Assembly: GCA_041687035.1 (NCBI GenBank)
Contig: JAWLCS010000004.1
Span: forward strand, 34,077 to 98,076
Direction: 5' to 3'
DNA: 64,000 bases
Source: Bacteroidales bacterium
GTDB taxonomy: Bacteria > Bacteroidota > Bacteroidia > Bacteroidales > UBA7960
Each line of letters begins with the position of its first letter. Positions within the stretch are counted from its first letter, which is position 1. A model generated the notes under the pieces. The model had not been told where the DNA came from and searched no databases. It saw only the letters and a list, made by a program, of their open reading frames with translations. Shown in pieces: positions 46,372-55,134 of the stretch. Both the position numbers and the translations under genes were made by a program.

Positions 46372-47193
46372 ATGATTGCCTTTCCAAACGCTAAGATTAA
46401 CCTCGGCCTGCAAATCCTGAGCCGCCGCACCGACGGATTTCACAATATTGAATCGGTTCTGATTCCCATCAGCCTGTCAGATGCTCTGGAGGTAATCGAA
46501 GCGCCCAACGGTGAGTTTTCCTTTACATCAAGCGGCTTACCAATCCCCTCCGATGGCAAGCCCAACCTCTGCGAGCGGGCTTTCTGGTTGTTGCACAACG
46601 AATTTCGCATCCCTCAAGTCAACCTTCACCTCTACAAAGTCATTCCGGCAGGTTCGGGTTTGGGCGGCGGCAGCGCCGATGCGGCCTATACCCTGAAAAT
46701 GCTGAACCAGGTTTTCTCCCTGGATCTGAACCACTCCGACCTGGAAACACTGGCGGCAAAGCTGGGCAGCGACTGCCCATTTTTTATCCGCAACCAGCCC
46801 ATGCTGGCCAGGGGCAGCGGCGAAATTCTGGACCCCGTTTCGCTTTCGCTGAAAGGATTGCACTTGCTGCTTATCAAGCCACAGGTGCACGTAAGCACTG
46901 CCGAAGCCTATGCCGGAGTAGTACCCCAAAATCCCCGCAAAACACTGCATGAAGTATTAGCGCAACCCATCGAAAGCTGGAAAGAAGAGCTGAAGAACGA
47001 CTTTGAAAAAAGCCTTTTCGCCAAACACCCCCTTTTGGGGAAAATAAAAAAGCAACTCTACGATAATGGCGCGCTGTATTCCGCCATGAGTGGAAGCGGG
47101 TCCGCCCTATTCGGCCTGTTCGAAAACAAGCCCGATGCAGGTCTGATGCAAGCTTTTCACGACAGTTTTGTGTGGCACGAAGAGTTTAACTGA
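46372..47193 (+). CDS. ispE: 4-(cytidine 5'-diphospho)-2-C-methyl-D-erythritol kinase
   Basis: AKINLGLQILSRRTDGFHNIES and the GHMP motif IPAGSGLGGGSADAA are present. Confidence 0.9.
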   Translation: MIAFPNAKINLGLQILSRRTDGFHNIESVLIPISLSDALEVIEAPNGEFSFTSSGLPIPSDGKPNLCERAFWLLHNEFRIPQVNLHLYKVIPAGSGLGGGSADAAYTLKMLNQVFSLDLNHSDLETLAAKLGSDCPFFIRNQPMLARGSGEILDPVSLSLKGLHLLLIKPQVHVSTAEAYAGVVPQNPRKTLHEVLAQPIESWKEELKNDFEKSLFAKHPLLGKIKKQLYDNGALYSAMSGSGSALFGLFENKPDAGLMQAFHDSFVWHEEFN

Positions 47194-47221
47194 TAATCTG
47201 TCTGCCAAAAACAACTTTCGG

Positions 47222-47265
47222 TCCTCAGAAGTCAAAGATTTTCACGGCTTTCTGAGGATTTTTTT
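47222..47265 (+). terminator. Rho-independent terminator after ispE
   Basis: tcctcagaa-(19 nt loop)-ttctgaggattttttt. Confidence 0.7.
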
Positions 47266-47312
47266 ATTTTTACTTCCGAAAAATCAGTAATAACAAACCA
47301 AATCTCATTGTC

Positions 47313-49343
47313 ATGCAGAAATACAGACTTATTGGCCTGGTGCTGTTTGTTTTTTTCTCCCTTTCGGGGAAAACTTTCAGCCAGGATGTGCTGACCACCC
47401 ACAATATTTTTGATGTCAAATCGGTGGCCGAGGTTGCCCTCTCGCCCGACAAAAACCACATTGCCTTTACGGTAAATGTGCCCAGGCCCTTTACGGATGC
47501 CGCCGGAGGTGATTATCGCGAACTTTTTGTGTATGATGTCCGCACCCAGCAAACCCGGCCGTTCATTACCGGAAAACGCACCTTGTTCGGCATTGGCTGG
47601 GCGCCTGATGGCGAAACCATTACTTTTAGGGCCAATTTTCCCGATCAGCCCGGCACACAGGTTTATGGTATAAGCCTAAAAGGTGGCGAAGCCTTTGCCA
47701 TAACCCGCCACGCCCTGGGGGTAAACGCTTTCGAATTTATCGATGCCAACACCCTGGCCATTACTGCCACGGGCCCGGCCGAACCGGCCATTGCCGACTA
47801 TCGCCGCAAAGGCATGGATATTGAAGTTTTTGAAGAAGAGTGGCGACACATCAACCTTTATGTGTACAATACCACAACCCACGAAGCCAGCCAAGTTACC
47901 AGCAACGGCACCGTGTACGACTTTGCCCTAAGCCCCGACAAAAAGTGGGCTGCCGCAGCCATTGCCCCTCAGAACCTGGTGGACGACAGCTATATGTTCA
48001 AGCGCATTCACCTGGTAAACATGCAGACTGGCGAAACGACCCTGCTGATGGAAAACCCCGGTAAGCTGAGCAGCATGGCCTGGAGCCCCGATGGAAAAAA
48101 GATTGCTTTTCAGTCGGTCAGCAAGTTGGAGGATGCTGTGGTAGGCAGTCTTTTTGTTATGGATGTGCCCACCGACAAGAAGTTTATCGACCTTCGCAAC
48201 CTGGTGGAAGGCATGGAACTTTCGGTAATCAGCCATACCTGGAAAGACAACAACACCGTTTTGTTTGCTGCCGAAGAGGGAGTTGACATTACCCTGAGTG
48301 AGCAGCATGTTGACCGCGGTGCGCGGGAGTTGCTCATCAGACCCGGCCTGCTGATATTTCGCGGGTTCAGCTATGTGGATGGCATGGTGGCCCTTGCCGG
48401 ACATACCCCGCAGCATCCGGCTGAGCTGTTCACCCTCGAGATGCGCCGCAAAACCCTCACACGCCATACTAATCACAACGACTGGCTGGCAGGCATCAGG
48501 CTCGCCCGCCAGGAAAAGCTCGAATACAATGCCCGCGACGGAATGCGCATAGAAGGGGTTTTGATTTACCCCCTCGATTATGAAGCAGGCAAGCAATATC
48601 CACTGATTACCTACATTCATGGAGGTCCTGAAGCTGCCGTTCAAAATGGCTGGTTTACCGGCTACGGCACCTGGGGACAGGTAGCCGCTGCACGCGGATA
48701 CTTTGTATTTGCACCCAACTACCGCGCCAGTTCTGGCCGTGGCGTAGATTTTACCATGGTGGGCTATGGCGACCTGGCAGGCGTGGAATATGACGATGTA
48801 CTCGATGGCATCGACCATCTGATCAATATCGGTTATGTTGACCGCCAGCGCGTTGGCATTGGCGGAGGCTCATATGGTGGATATTTCAGCGCCTGGTCGG
48901 CCACAAAGCATACCGAACGTTTTGCTGCGGCAGTAATGTTTGTGGGCATCAGCAACCAGGTTTCCAAACGCCATACCACCGACATTCCATGGGAAGATTA
49001 TTACGTGCATTGGGGATTCTGGAATCACGAAGACGTTGACCGGGTGTATGCTGCCAGCCCAATTAAATATGCGCATGAGGCCAAAACACCCATCCTGATT
49101 CTGCACGGAGATTCGGACCCACGCGTTCATCCCCAGCAAAGCCTCGAGCTGTACCGCGCCATAAAAATGCACACAGAAACGCCCGTAAGGCTTATCTGGT
49201 ATAAGGGCGAAGGTCATGGCAACCGCCGCAATACCCACCGCCTCGATTATATTGTGCGCACCATGCAGTGGTTCGATCATTTTCTGAAGGAGGGAAAAAC
49301 CGGAGAAGAGTTGCCCGAAAAGTATCCCGACTTAGGCTTTTAG
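47313..49343 (+). CDS. S9 family serine peptidase (beta-propeller plus alpha/beta-hydrolase)
   Basis: A signal peptide is present. Propeller repeats include ALSPDKNHIAF, WAPDGETITF and WSPDGKKIAF. The nucleophile motif is GGGSYGGYFS, and later DSDPRV and GEGHG are present. Confidence 0.85.
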   Translation: MQKYRLIGLVLFVFFSLSGKTFSQDVLTTHNIFDVKSVAEVALSPDKNHIAFTVNVPRPFTDAAGGDYRELFVYDVRTQQTRPFITGKRTLFGIGWAPDGETITFRANFPDQPGTQVYGISLKGGEAFAITRHALGVNAFEFIDANTLAITATGPAEPAIADYRRKGMDIEVFEEEWRHINLYVYNTTTHEASQVTSNGTVYDFALSPDKKWAAAAIAPQNLVDDSYMFKRIHLVNMQTGETTLLMENPGKLSSMAWSPDGKKIAFQSVSKLEDAVVGSLFVMDVPTDKKFIDLRNLVEGMELSVISHTWKDNNTVLFAAEEGVDITLSEQHVDRGARELLIRPGLLIFRGFSYVDGMVALAGHTPQHPAELFTLEMRRKTLTRHTNHNDWLAGIRLARQEKLEYNARDGMRIEGVLIYPLDYEAGKQYPLITYIHGGPEAAVQNGWFTGYGTWGQVAAARGYFVFAPNYRASSGRGVDFTMVGYGDLAGVEYDDVLDGIDHLINIGYVDRQRVGIGGGSYGGYFSAWSATKHTERFAAAVMFVGISNQVSKRHTTDIPWEDYYVHWGFWNHEDVDRVYAASPIKYAHEAKTPILILHGDSDPRVHPQQSLELYRAIKMHTETPVRLIWYKGEGHGNRRNTHRLDYIVRTMQWFDHFLKEGKTGEELPEKYPDLGF

Positions 49344-49390
49344 CCTTTGAATCAAAACAAATATTTTATCTTTGCCGCCAATAGCTATAA

Positions 49391-49428
49391 AGAGGCTGAC
49401 TCAAAAGGGAATTTTTGAGTTAGCCTCT
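49391..49428 (+). repeat. Palindromic element H1 (16-bp stem, 6-nt loop), related to the element at 63594..63632
   Basis: AGAGGCTGACTCAAAA-GGGAAT-TTTTGAGTTAGCCTCT. The stem contains one G-U pair and no U-tract follows on either strand. It lies between the S9 peptidase and abgT. Confidence 0.6.
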
Positions 49429-49478
49429 TCCGGACGGAAAAATTGCTCTCAGGGCTGTAATCTATAAACATCACTCGA

Positions 49479-51026
49479 ATGAAGGACCTTTTAAAAGCTA
49501 TTAAACGTTTCTCCTCGCGGGCCTTTGCCAAATCGCTCGACTACATCGAAATTGTGGGCAACAAGCTGCCCCACCCTGCCACCCTGTTTTTTTTGCTTGC
49601 CATTGCGGTAATGATCCTTTCGTGGTTTTCTGCTGTATTTGGGGTAAGTGCAGAGCATCCGGTTGACGGCACCATCATCACTGTAAACAACCTGATTAGC
49701 GGCGATGGTTTCAGGTGGATCTACACCAACATTATTGTCAACTTCCTGAAATTTCCACCCCTGGGCTATGTGCTCGTGGTAATGGTAGGTATCGGGGTAG
49801 CCGAAGGCTCGGGCCTTTTTACGGTAATGATACGTTCGCTGGTGCTCAGCTCACCGCCCAAACTGGTTACCGGAGCCATTGTTACGGCCGGTCTTATTTC
49901 GCACCTGGCTTCTGAAGCCGGCTATGTGGTGTTGATTCCGCTGGGTGCCATGATATTTCACGCGCTGGGGCGCCACCCCATGGCGGGTCTGGCTGCAGCC
50001 TTCTGTGGCGTTAGTGGTGGCTTCGGGGCCAACTTCTTTATTGGCTCCATCGACCCCATTTTGGCAGGTATCAGCGAGTCGGCAGCAAGAATGATCATAC
50101 CAAATATGGTTGTAAACCCGGCGGTAAACTACTATTTCATGTTTTTCTCCAGTTTTCTGGTGATCATTATCGGCACTTGGGTGACAGAGAAAATTGTAGA
50201 GCCCCGCCTGGGCAAATATACCGGCACCGCAGAAAAATTGCCCATTGAGCAACTTACACCAATCGAAAAGAAAGGCCTCCGCTGGGCTGGTTACGGCCTA
50301 CTGGTAACCCTGGCTCTGCTGGCATTGTCGGTAGTACCTTCCTGGGGCATTTTCCGCGATCCGCAAACCGGCTCGGTGCTGCACTCACCCTTCTTCCAGG
50401 GTATCATTATCGGCATTTTGCTCATGTTCTTCATTCCCGGCCTAATTTATGGCATTGTGGTGGGAACCATCAAGAACGACAAGCATGTGGCCAAGCACAT
50501 TACCCAGTCTATGGCCAGCATGGGTGGCTATATCGTGCTGGTGTTCTTTGCCGCCCAATTCGTTTATTTCTTCAACTACAGCAACCTGGGCATTATTGTG
50601 GCCATCAAGGGGGCGCAAGGCCTTCAGAGCATAGGGCTCACTGGGGTTACCCTGATTGTAGCCTTTGTAATGCTATCTGCCTTTATTAACATGTTTATGG
50701 GAAGTGCCTCTGCCAAGTGGGCCATTATGGCACCGGTATTTATTCCCATGCTCATGCTTATTGACCCACCCTACCATCCGGGCTTGACCCAGGCCGCTTT
50801 CCGCATTGGCGACTCGGTGACGAACCTCATCACGCCCATGATGAGTTACTTTGCACTGATTGTAACCTTTGCCCAGAAATACGATGAAAAATACGGCATC
50901 GGTACCATTATCTCCACCATGATCCCTTACACGGTTATGCTTACCATATTCTGGGTAGGTTTGCTGGTATTATGGATGCTTTTTGGTATTCCACTTGGTC
51001 CCGACGGCCCCATTTTCATGAATTAG
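49479..51026 (+). CDS. abgT: AbgT family transporter (p-aminobenzoyl-glutamate / antimetabolite transporter family)
   Basis: The N-terminus reads FAKSLDYIEIVGNKLPHPATLFFLLA. The protein is a polytopic 515 aa with GYVVLIPLGAMIFHALGRHPMAGLAAAFCGVSGGFGANF. Confidence 0.85.
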   Translation: MKDLLKAIKRFSSRAFAKSLDYIEIVGNKLPHPATLFFLLAIAVMILSWFSAVFGVSAEHPVDGTIITVNNLISGDGFRWIYTNIIVNFLKFPPLGYVLVVMVGIGVAEGSGLFTVMIRSLVLSSPPKLVTGAIVTAGLISHLASEAGYVVLIPLGAMIFHALGRHPMAGLAAAFCGVSGGFGANFFIGSIDPILAGISESAARMIIPNMVVNPAVNYYFMFFSSFLVIIIGTWVTEKIVEPRLGKYTGTAEKLPIEQLTPIEKKGLRWAGYGLLVTLALLALSVVPSWGIFRDPQTGSVLHSPFFQGIIIGILLMFFIPGLIYGIVVGTIKNDKHVAKHITQSMASMGGYIVLVFFAAQFVYFFNYSNLGIIVAIKGAQGLQSIGLTGVTLIVAFVMLSAFINMFMGSASAKWAIMAPVFIPMLMLIDPPYHPGLTQAAFRIGDSVTNLITPMMSYFALIVTFAQKYDEKYGIGTIISTMIPYTVMLTIFWVGLLVLWMLFGIPLGPDGPIFMN

Positions 51027-51052
51027 CAACCCGGGATTGACCCAAAAGATTG

Positions 51053-51092
51053 AAACCGCCCTGCCATTTTTAAACCTGCGGGGCGGTTTTTT
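51053..51092 (+). terminator. Rho-independent terminator after abgT
   Basis: aaaccgccc-(19 nt)-gggcggtttttt. Confidence 0.75.
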
Positions 51093-51176
51093 ATACTTTG
51101 AAACACCAAAAACTCAGTTTTTTTTAATATATTTGGGTTACAAATTAAAATTCATAAAAAATAAAAATTAACATAA

Positions 51177-51587
51177 ATGAAAACTGCTACTAAGGTTGTT
51201 TTATTGATCGCCACCCTCGCCATGGTTTCATGCAGTGCTGCACGTCAGATGGCTTCGCGCATTGAAGGTGAATGGGTAATAGAAGAATACGAGGTTTTGC
51301 TTGCCAATGGCAATGAAACAAAGATGGAAAACGCGGGCACAATTATTTTCTACCGCAATGGCCGCGGACAGCAAACTTTTACCAGTGCCATTACACAGCT
51401 TGACGCCACCAATACCGGCGACTTCCGCTGGGACAATACCGGCGAGGTAATTTTTATCTGGGGGCAGGGGGCACAGTTCAGGAAAGCCTGGATCGTGGTT
51501 GAATCGAGCCGCAATAAGCAAGTGTGGCGCTCAACCGATACCGAAGGCAATGTACAGGCTATGACCCTGAGAAAGAAAAAAGACTAA
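51177..51587 (+). CDS. Hypothetical lipoprotein (lipocalin-like beta-rich, 136 aa)
   Basis: The lipobox is LIATLAMVSCSA. A short beta-rich body follows. No motif was recognised. Confidence 0.55.
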   Translation: MKTATKVVLLIATLAMVSCSAARQMASRIEGEWVIEEYEVLLANGNETKMENAGTIIFYRNGRGQQTFTSAITQLDATNTGDFRWDNTGEVIFIWGQGAQFRKAWIVVESSRNKQVWRSTDTEGNVQAMTLRKKKD

Positions 51588-51605
51588 CCCGTATACCTGA
51601 TATTT

Positions 51606-51640
51606 AAAACCCGCCTCCGTTTTTCGGATGGCGGGTTTTT
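51606..51640. terminator. Bidirectional rho-independent terminator (lipoprotein gene / argS convergent pair)
   Basis: aaaacccgcctccg-ttttt-cggatggcgggttttt. The stem is long and GC-rich with one bulge, flanked by an A-run and a T-run. Confidence 0.8.
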
Positions 51641-51659
51641 CTTTCCCCGGAAGGGAAAG
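51641..51659 (+). repeat. Short hairpin motif, copy 3 (CTTTCCCC-GGAA-GGGAAAG)
   Basis: Read directly from the sequence. It abuts the terminator at 51606..51640 and lies 7 nt from the argS stop. Confidence 0.5.
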
Positions 51660-51665
51660 AAATAC

Positions 51666-53465
51666 TTACATACGTTCGGGCACTTCGATGCCCAGCAATC
51701 CCATGGCATTGCGAATGGTGCAGGCGGTCATCTGCGAAAGTTTAATGCGGAAATCGCTTACTTGCTCGTCGGGTTCGTTAAGCACGCTGTATTCGTGGTA
51801 AAACTGGTTGAACTCCTTGCAAAGTTCGTAGGTGTAGTTGGCAATTTGCGCCGGGCTGAGCTCAGCAGCAGCCTCAGCCACCACCTGCGGAAATTCATTA
51901 AGGCTTCTGAGCAGGTTACGCTCGCGGGTGTTGAGTTTTTCTGCAGGCATGTTGATTTGAATGACCTCCACTTGCTCATGCCCTGCGGTGCGCAAAATGG
52001 ATCGGATGCGCGCATGGGTGTATTGAATGAAGGGGCCGGTGTTGCCATTGAAGTCAATAGACTCGGCCGGGTTAAAAAGCATGTTCTTTTTGGGGTCGAC
52101 TTTTAGAATGAAATATTTGAGGGCCCCGAGGCCGATCATATAAAACAGTTTTGCCTTTTCCTCTTCATTAAAATCTTTGGTCTTGCCAAGCTCCTCGGTG
52201 GTGCGGCGGGCTGTTTCCACCATTTCGTCCATCAGGTCGTCGGCATCGACCACGGTGCCTTCGCGCGATTTCATTTTGCCCTCGGGCAGTTCCACCATTC
52301 CGTAGCTCAGGTGGAATATGGACTCTGCATAAGACTTTCCAAGCTTTTTCAGCACTTTTTGTAATACATCAAAGTGATAGTTCTGCTCATTGCCCACCAC
52401 ATAGATCATTTTTTCGGCCTTAAAATCGTCGTAGCGAAGCTGAGCCGTGCCCAGGTCCTGGGTCATATACACCGAGGTACCATCGGCGCGCAGCAGCAGT
52501 TTTTCATCGAGGCCTTCGCTGGTCAGATCAACCCAAACAGAACCATCGGCGCGCCGTACAAAAACATCCTTTGCAAGGCCTTCATTCACCAAGTCCTTTC
52601 CGAGAAGATAGGTTTCAGATTCATAATAAATTTTATCGAAATCGACGCCCATGCGTTTATAGGTAGCATCGAAGCCTTCATACACCCAGGCATTCATTTT
52701 TTCCCATACAGCAATGGTTTCCTCGTCGCGAAGTTCCCATTTGCGCAGCAGCTCCTGGGCTTCGAGCATAAGAGGGGCTGTTTTGCGGGCCTCCTCCTCG
52801 CCAATGCCGGTGTTCTCAATCATTTCCTTTACCTGTGCCCGAAGCGCGGTTTCAAACATTACGTAATAATCACCTACCAGCTTGTCGCCCTTTTTGCCCG
52901 AAGAGGCCGGCGTTTCGCCATTGCCAAATCGCATCCATGCCAGCATTGACTTACAAATATGAATACCCCGGTCGTTGACGAGGTTCACTTTATGCACCTT
53001 TTCCCCTGCAGCTTCAAGAATGCATGCTACGGAATAACCCAGTAAATTATTGCGGATATGCCCCAAATGAAGGGGTTTGTTGGTGTTGGGCGATGAATAT
53101 TCTACCACCACGGGCGCTCCCTCCTGCTTTTCGCGCAGGCCGTAGCGTGGGTTGTTCATTTCGCGGCTGAGGAAATCGAGCCAGTACTTCCCGCCCAGAC
53201 TCAGGTTCAGAAAGCCCTTAATAACGTTAAAGGCACTTATTTCAGGCACCTTTTCTAGCAAGGCATTGCCAATAGCCTCGGCGGTTTGCTCAGGCGAGCG
53301 GCGGGCCATCTTCACAAAGGGAAACACCACAAAGGAAAAATCTCCTTCGAATTCCTTGCGGGTTTTTTGCAGGGTAAGGGTCGTGGCAGGGGCTTCCTGC
53401 CCGAACAACTCCTTAATTATTTCGGCTATAGCCTGTAATATCTTTTCTTCAGCCTTCATGCGCAA
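51666..53465 (-). CDS. argS: Arginine--tRNA ligase
   Basis: SSPNTNKPLHLGHIRNNLLG (HIGH region) and the DALR-type anticodon-binding C-terminus are present. The protein is 599 aa and ends ...EVPERM. Confidence 0.95.
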   Translation of the reverse strand: MRMKAEEKILQAIAEIIKELFGQEAPATTLTLQKTRKEFEGDFSFVVFPFVKMARRSPEQTAEAIGNALLEKVPEISAFNVIKGFLNLSLGGKYWLDFLSREMNNPRYGLREKQEGAPVVVEYSSPNTNKPLHLGHIRNNLLGYSVACILEAAGEKVHKVNLVNDRGIHICKSMLAWMRFGNGETPASSGKKGDKLVGDYYVMFETALRAQVKEMIENTGIGEEEARKTAPLMLEAQELLRKWELRDEETIAVWEKMNAWVYEGFDATYKRMGVDFDKIYYESETYLLGKDLVNEGLAKDVFVRRADGSVWVDLTSEGLDEKLLLRADGTSVYMTQDLGTAQLRYDDFKAEKMIYVVGNEQNYHFDVLQKVLKKLGKSYAESIFHLSYGMVELPEGKMKSREGTVVDADDLMDEMVETARRTTEELGKTKDFNEEEKAKLFYMIGLGALKYFILKVDPKKNMLFNPAESIDFNGNTGPFIQYTHARIRSILRTAGHEQVEVIQINMPAEKLNTRERNLLRSLNEFPQVVAEAAAELSPAQIANYTYELCKEFNQFYHEYSVLNEPDEQVSDFRIKLSQMTACTIRNAMGLLGIEVPERM

Positions 53466-53508
53466 TACAATTTTTCAGGCTGCAAAATTAGGGAAATTTG
53501 GTTGAAAT

Positions 53509-54108
53509 CTACTTCTTTCCGGTAAGCCTTATCACTGCTGCCATTCCTTCGTGGTAACGCCCTTCGTTCAGATGTGTTTCCGTGGCAGTAATCTGTAAAT
53601 CTTTCAGTTGCTTAAAGTCCTCAGCCAAGTCTTCGGCTGAGTATAGCAAATCCAAATGTTGCGGCCCGCCCGACCTTTTTCCAAGCTGATCTTTCGAAAA
53701 AACCTCCATAATAATCACTCCGCCGGGTTTTAAAAAAGAGAGCAGCTTCTCGTGCAGTTTTTTTCTTTCCCTTTCGGGGAAATGGACGAAGACCAGCGCC
53801 AGGCAATCGAATGATTCTTCTTCGGCAACGAAAGCTTCAATGTCGGCCACTTGGTAGTCAAAACTTACGGTTTTCAGTTTTGCCAGTTCCATGGCCTTTT
53901 GTTTACCCTGTCCGCTCTGATCAAATGCTGCAACTTCCCAGCCCAGCGAGGCAGCATAGGTGGCATTGCGCCCCTCCCCTTCGCCGGGCAGCAGAAGCCG
54001 TCCGGGGTTGAACTTTTTTATCTCCCTGAGAAAGAATTCATTGGGTTCGTAGCCATACACAAAGCCCTCTTCGGCATATCGCTGATCCCAAAAATCTTTT
54101 ACTGCCAT
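53509..54108 (-). CDS. Class I SAM-dependent methyltransferase
   Basis: I used the internal ATG 54108 (MAVKDFWDQRY). Motif I is LLLPGEGEGRNA, followed by DCLALVFVHFP and LKPGGVIIME. Confidence 0.8.
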   Translation of the reverse strand: MAVKDFWDQRYAEEGFVYGYEPNEFFLREIKKFNPGRLLLPGEGEGRNATYAASLGWEVAAFDQSGQGKQKAMELAKLKTVSFDYQVADIEAFVAEEESFDCLALVFVHFPERERKKLHEKLLSFLKPGGVIIMEVFSKDQLGKRSGGPQHLDLLYSAEDLAEDFKQLKDLQITATETHLNEGRYHEGMAAVIRLTGKK

Positions 54109-54119
54109 ATTTTTTGCAG

Positions 54120-54151
54120 AAAAAACCCCGGGCCGAAAAACCAACCCGGGG
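54120..54151 (-). terminator. Rho-independent terminator after the charged-protein gene
   Basis: The minus strand reads ccccggg-ttggtttttcgg-cccggggtttttt. Confidence 0.6.
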
Positions 54152-54174
54152 AGTCATTATTTTTTTAAAAATTG

Positions 54175-54810
54175 CTAAAGCCTCTGGCGCTCCACTTCAG
54201 GGAGACGCTCACGAATAACACGTTCGGTTTCTTTGCGCATTTCTTCAATGCGCATTACTTCCTCTTCGATTTCCTCAATGCGGCGGGTCCTTTTCTCGAA
54301 TTCTTCTTCAGAAATTTCGCGGTTCTTTACCCTTTCCTCCAGCACTTCGCGGGCTTCTTCTACACGCGACTTGGTGCGGCGCACGCCTTCTTCCACTTCA
54401 ATGGCTACTTCGCGTGTTACCTCTTCCTTTTCTTCTTTGGTGCGCGCAGCAGCGGCACGTGCCTGACCGAAGTCGCGCCCACTCAAGCCACCTTTGTCGC
54501 GGCCATAGGCATGACCACGACCTTCGGCCTGCTCTCTGGCATCCCTTGCTCGCTCCAAACCTTCTTCAGCACGCTCAAGGCCTTCCTCGGCATGCTCCAC
54601 TTGCCTTTCGGCTTGCTCCACACCTTGCTGGGCGCGTTCCCGGGCCCTGGCTTGTTCGGCTTGTTCACGGCCCTGCTGAGCACGTTGCTGACCTTGCTCC
54701 TTAACTTCTTCTTGTTTTTCTTTACCCTGAGCCTGCTGCGCCCGCGGGTTCTGGGCAAACAATGCAACCGATACCAGCATTACGCCGGCAAGTAAAAATA
54801 TCTTCTTCAT
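54175..54810 (-). CDS. Hypothetical secreted, hyper-charged E/R/Q/A-rich coiled-coil protein
   Basis: The signal peptide is MKKIFLLAGVMLVSVALFAQ. It is followed by low-complexity charged helices (QAERQVEHAEEGLERAEEGLERARDAREQAE), a central Gly-rich segment (GRGHAYGRDKGGLSGRDFGQARA) and an E/R/K-rich tail. It has the same orientation as its neighbours. Confidence 0.6.
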   Translation of the reverse strand: MKKIFLLAGVMLVSVALFAQNPRAQQAQGKEKQEEVKEQGQQRAQQGREQAEQARARERAQQGVEQAERQVEHAEEGLERAEEGLERARDAREQAEGRGHAYGRDKGGLSGRDFGQARAAAARTKEEKEEVTREVAIEVEEGVRRTKSRVEEAREVLEERVKNREISEEEFEKRTRRIEEIEEEVMRIEEMRKETERVIRERLPEVERQRL

Positions 54811-54821
54811 AATAGTTTCGT

Positions 54822-55022
54822 TTAAATGTTATTCAACAAACTGTCGAGTTCGCTTTCGAGGGCTTCAATGCGCTCGTTCAGCTCAATGTTTTTCTCAAGT
54901 GCTTCTTCCAGTTCGGCTTCCAACTCAACAGGGGCCTGCACTTCTTCGGCCTGACGGCTTCCCTGACCGGCACAGGCTGTCATAAAGCCCGCTACCAATA
55001 GTATCAAAAATAACTTTTTCAT
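54822..55022 (-). CDS. Hypothetical small acidic coiled-coil lipoprotein (66 aa)
   Basis: The lipobox is LLVAGFMTACAG. It is followed by EEVQAPVELEAELEEALEKNIELNERIEALESELDSLL. Confidence 0.5.
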   Translation of the reverse strand: MKKLFLILLVAGFMTACAGQGSRQAEEVQAPVELEAELEEALEKNIELNERIEALESELDSLLNNI

Positions 55023-55078
55023 TCAATGGGTTTTTTGGTATACTTACAAAGTTAATAAATATATAGTCTCGTTACAAT

Positions 55079-55113
55079 AAAAAAGGGAAATTTCTGACAA
55101 ACAGAAACTTCCC
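55079..55113 (-). terminator. Rho-independent terminator after the C69 dipeptidase gene
   Basis: The minus strand reads gggaagtttctg-tttgt-cagaaatttcccttttttatt. The stem is 12 bp with one mismatch. Confidence 0.7.
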
Positions 55114-55134
55114 TTCCTGATTCATAAAAAGATC

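Noticed and set aside
47928-48818. 296-aa minus-strand ORF, the longest antisense ORF in the window
   Set aside because: It is codon-aligned antisense to the S9 peptidase (47928 and 47313 are congruent mod 3). The sense strand carries clear catalytic motifs and the antisense product has none.
49391-49428. Hairpin upstream of abgT considered as a folate/THF-type riboswitch
   Set aside because: The element is an almost perfect 16-bp duplex with a 6-nt loop. It has no internal loops, bulges or pseudoknot potential of the kind ligand-binding aptamers need. A related copy at 63594 is unrelated to folate genes.
54172-54795. 207-aa plus-strand F/L-rich ORF mirroring the charged-protein gene
   Set aside because: It is the codon-aligned mirror of an E/R/K-rich gene. 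The minus-strand product has a canonical signal peptide and matches the orientation of its neighbours and terminators. The plus-strand product begins with a non-ATG start and has no signal or motif. Strand assignment still deserves experimental confirmation.
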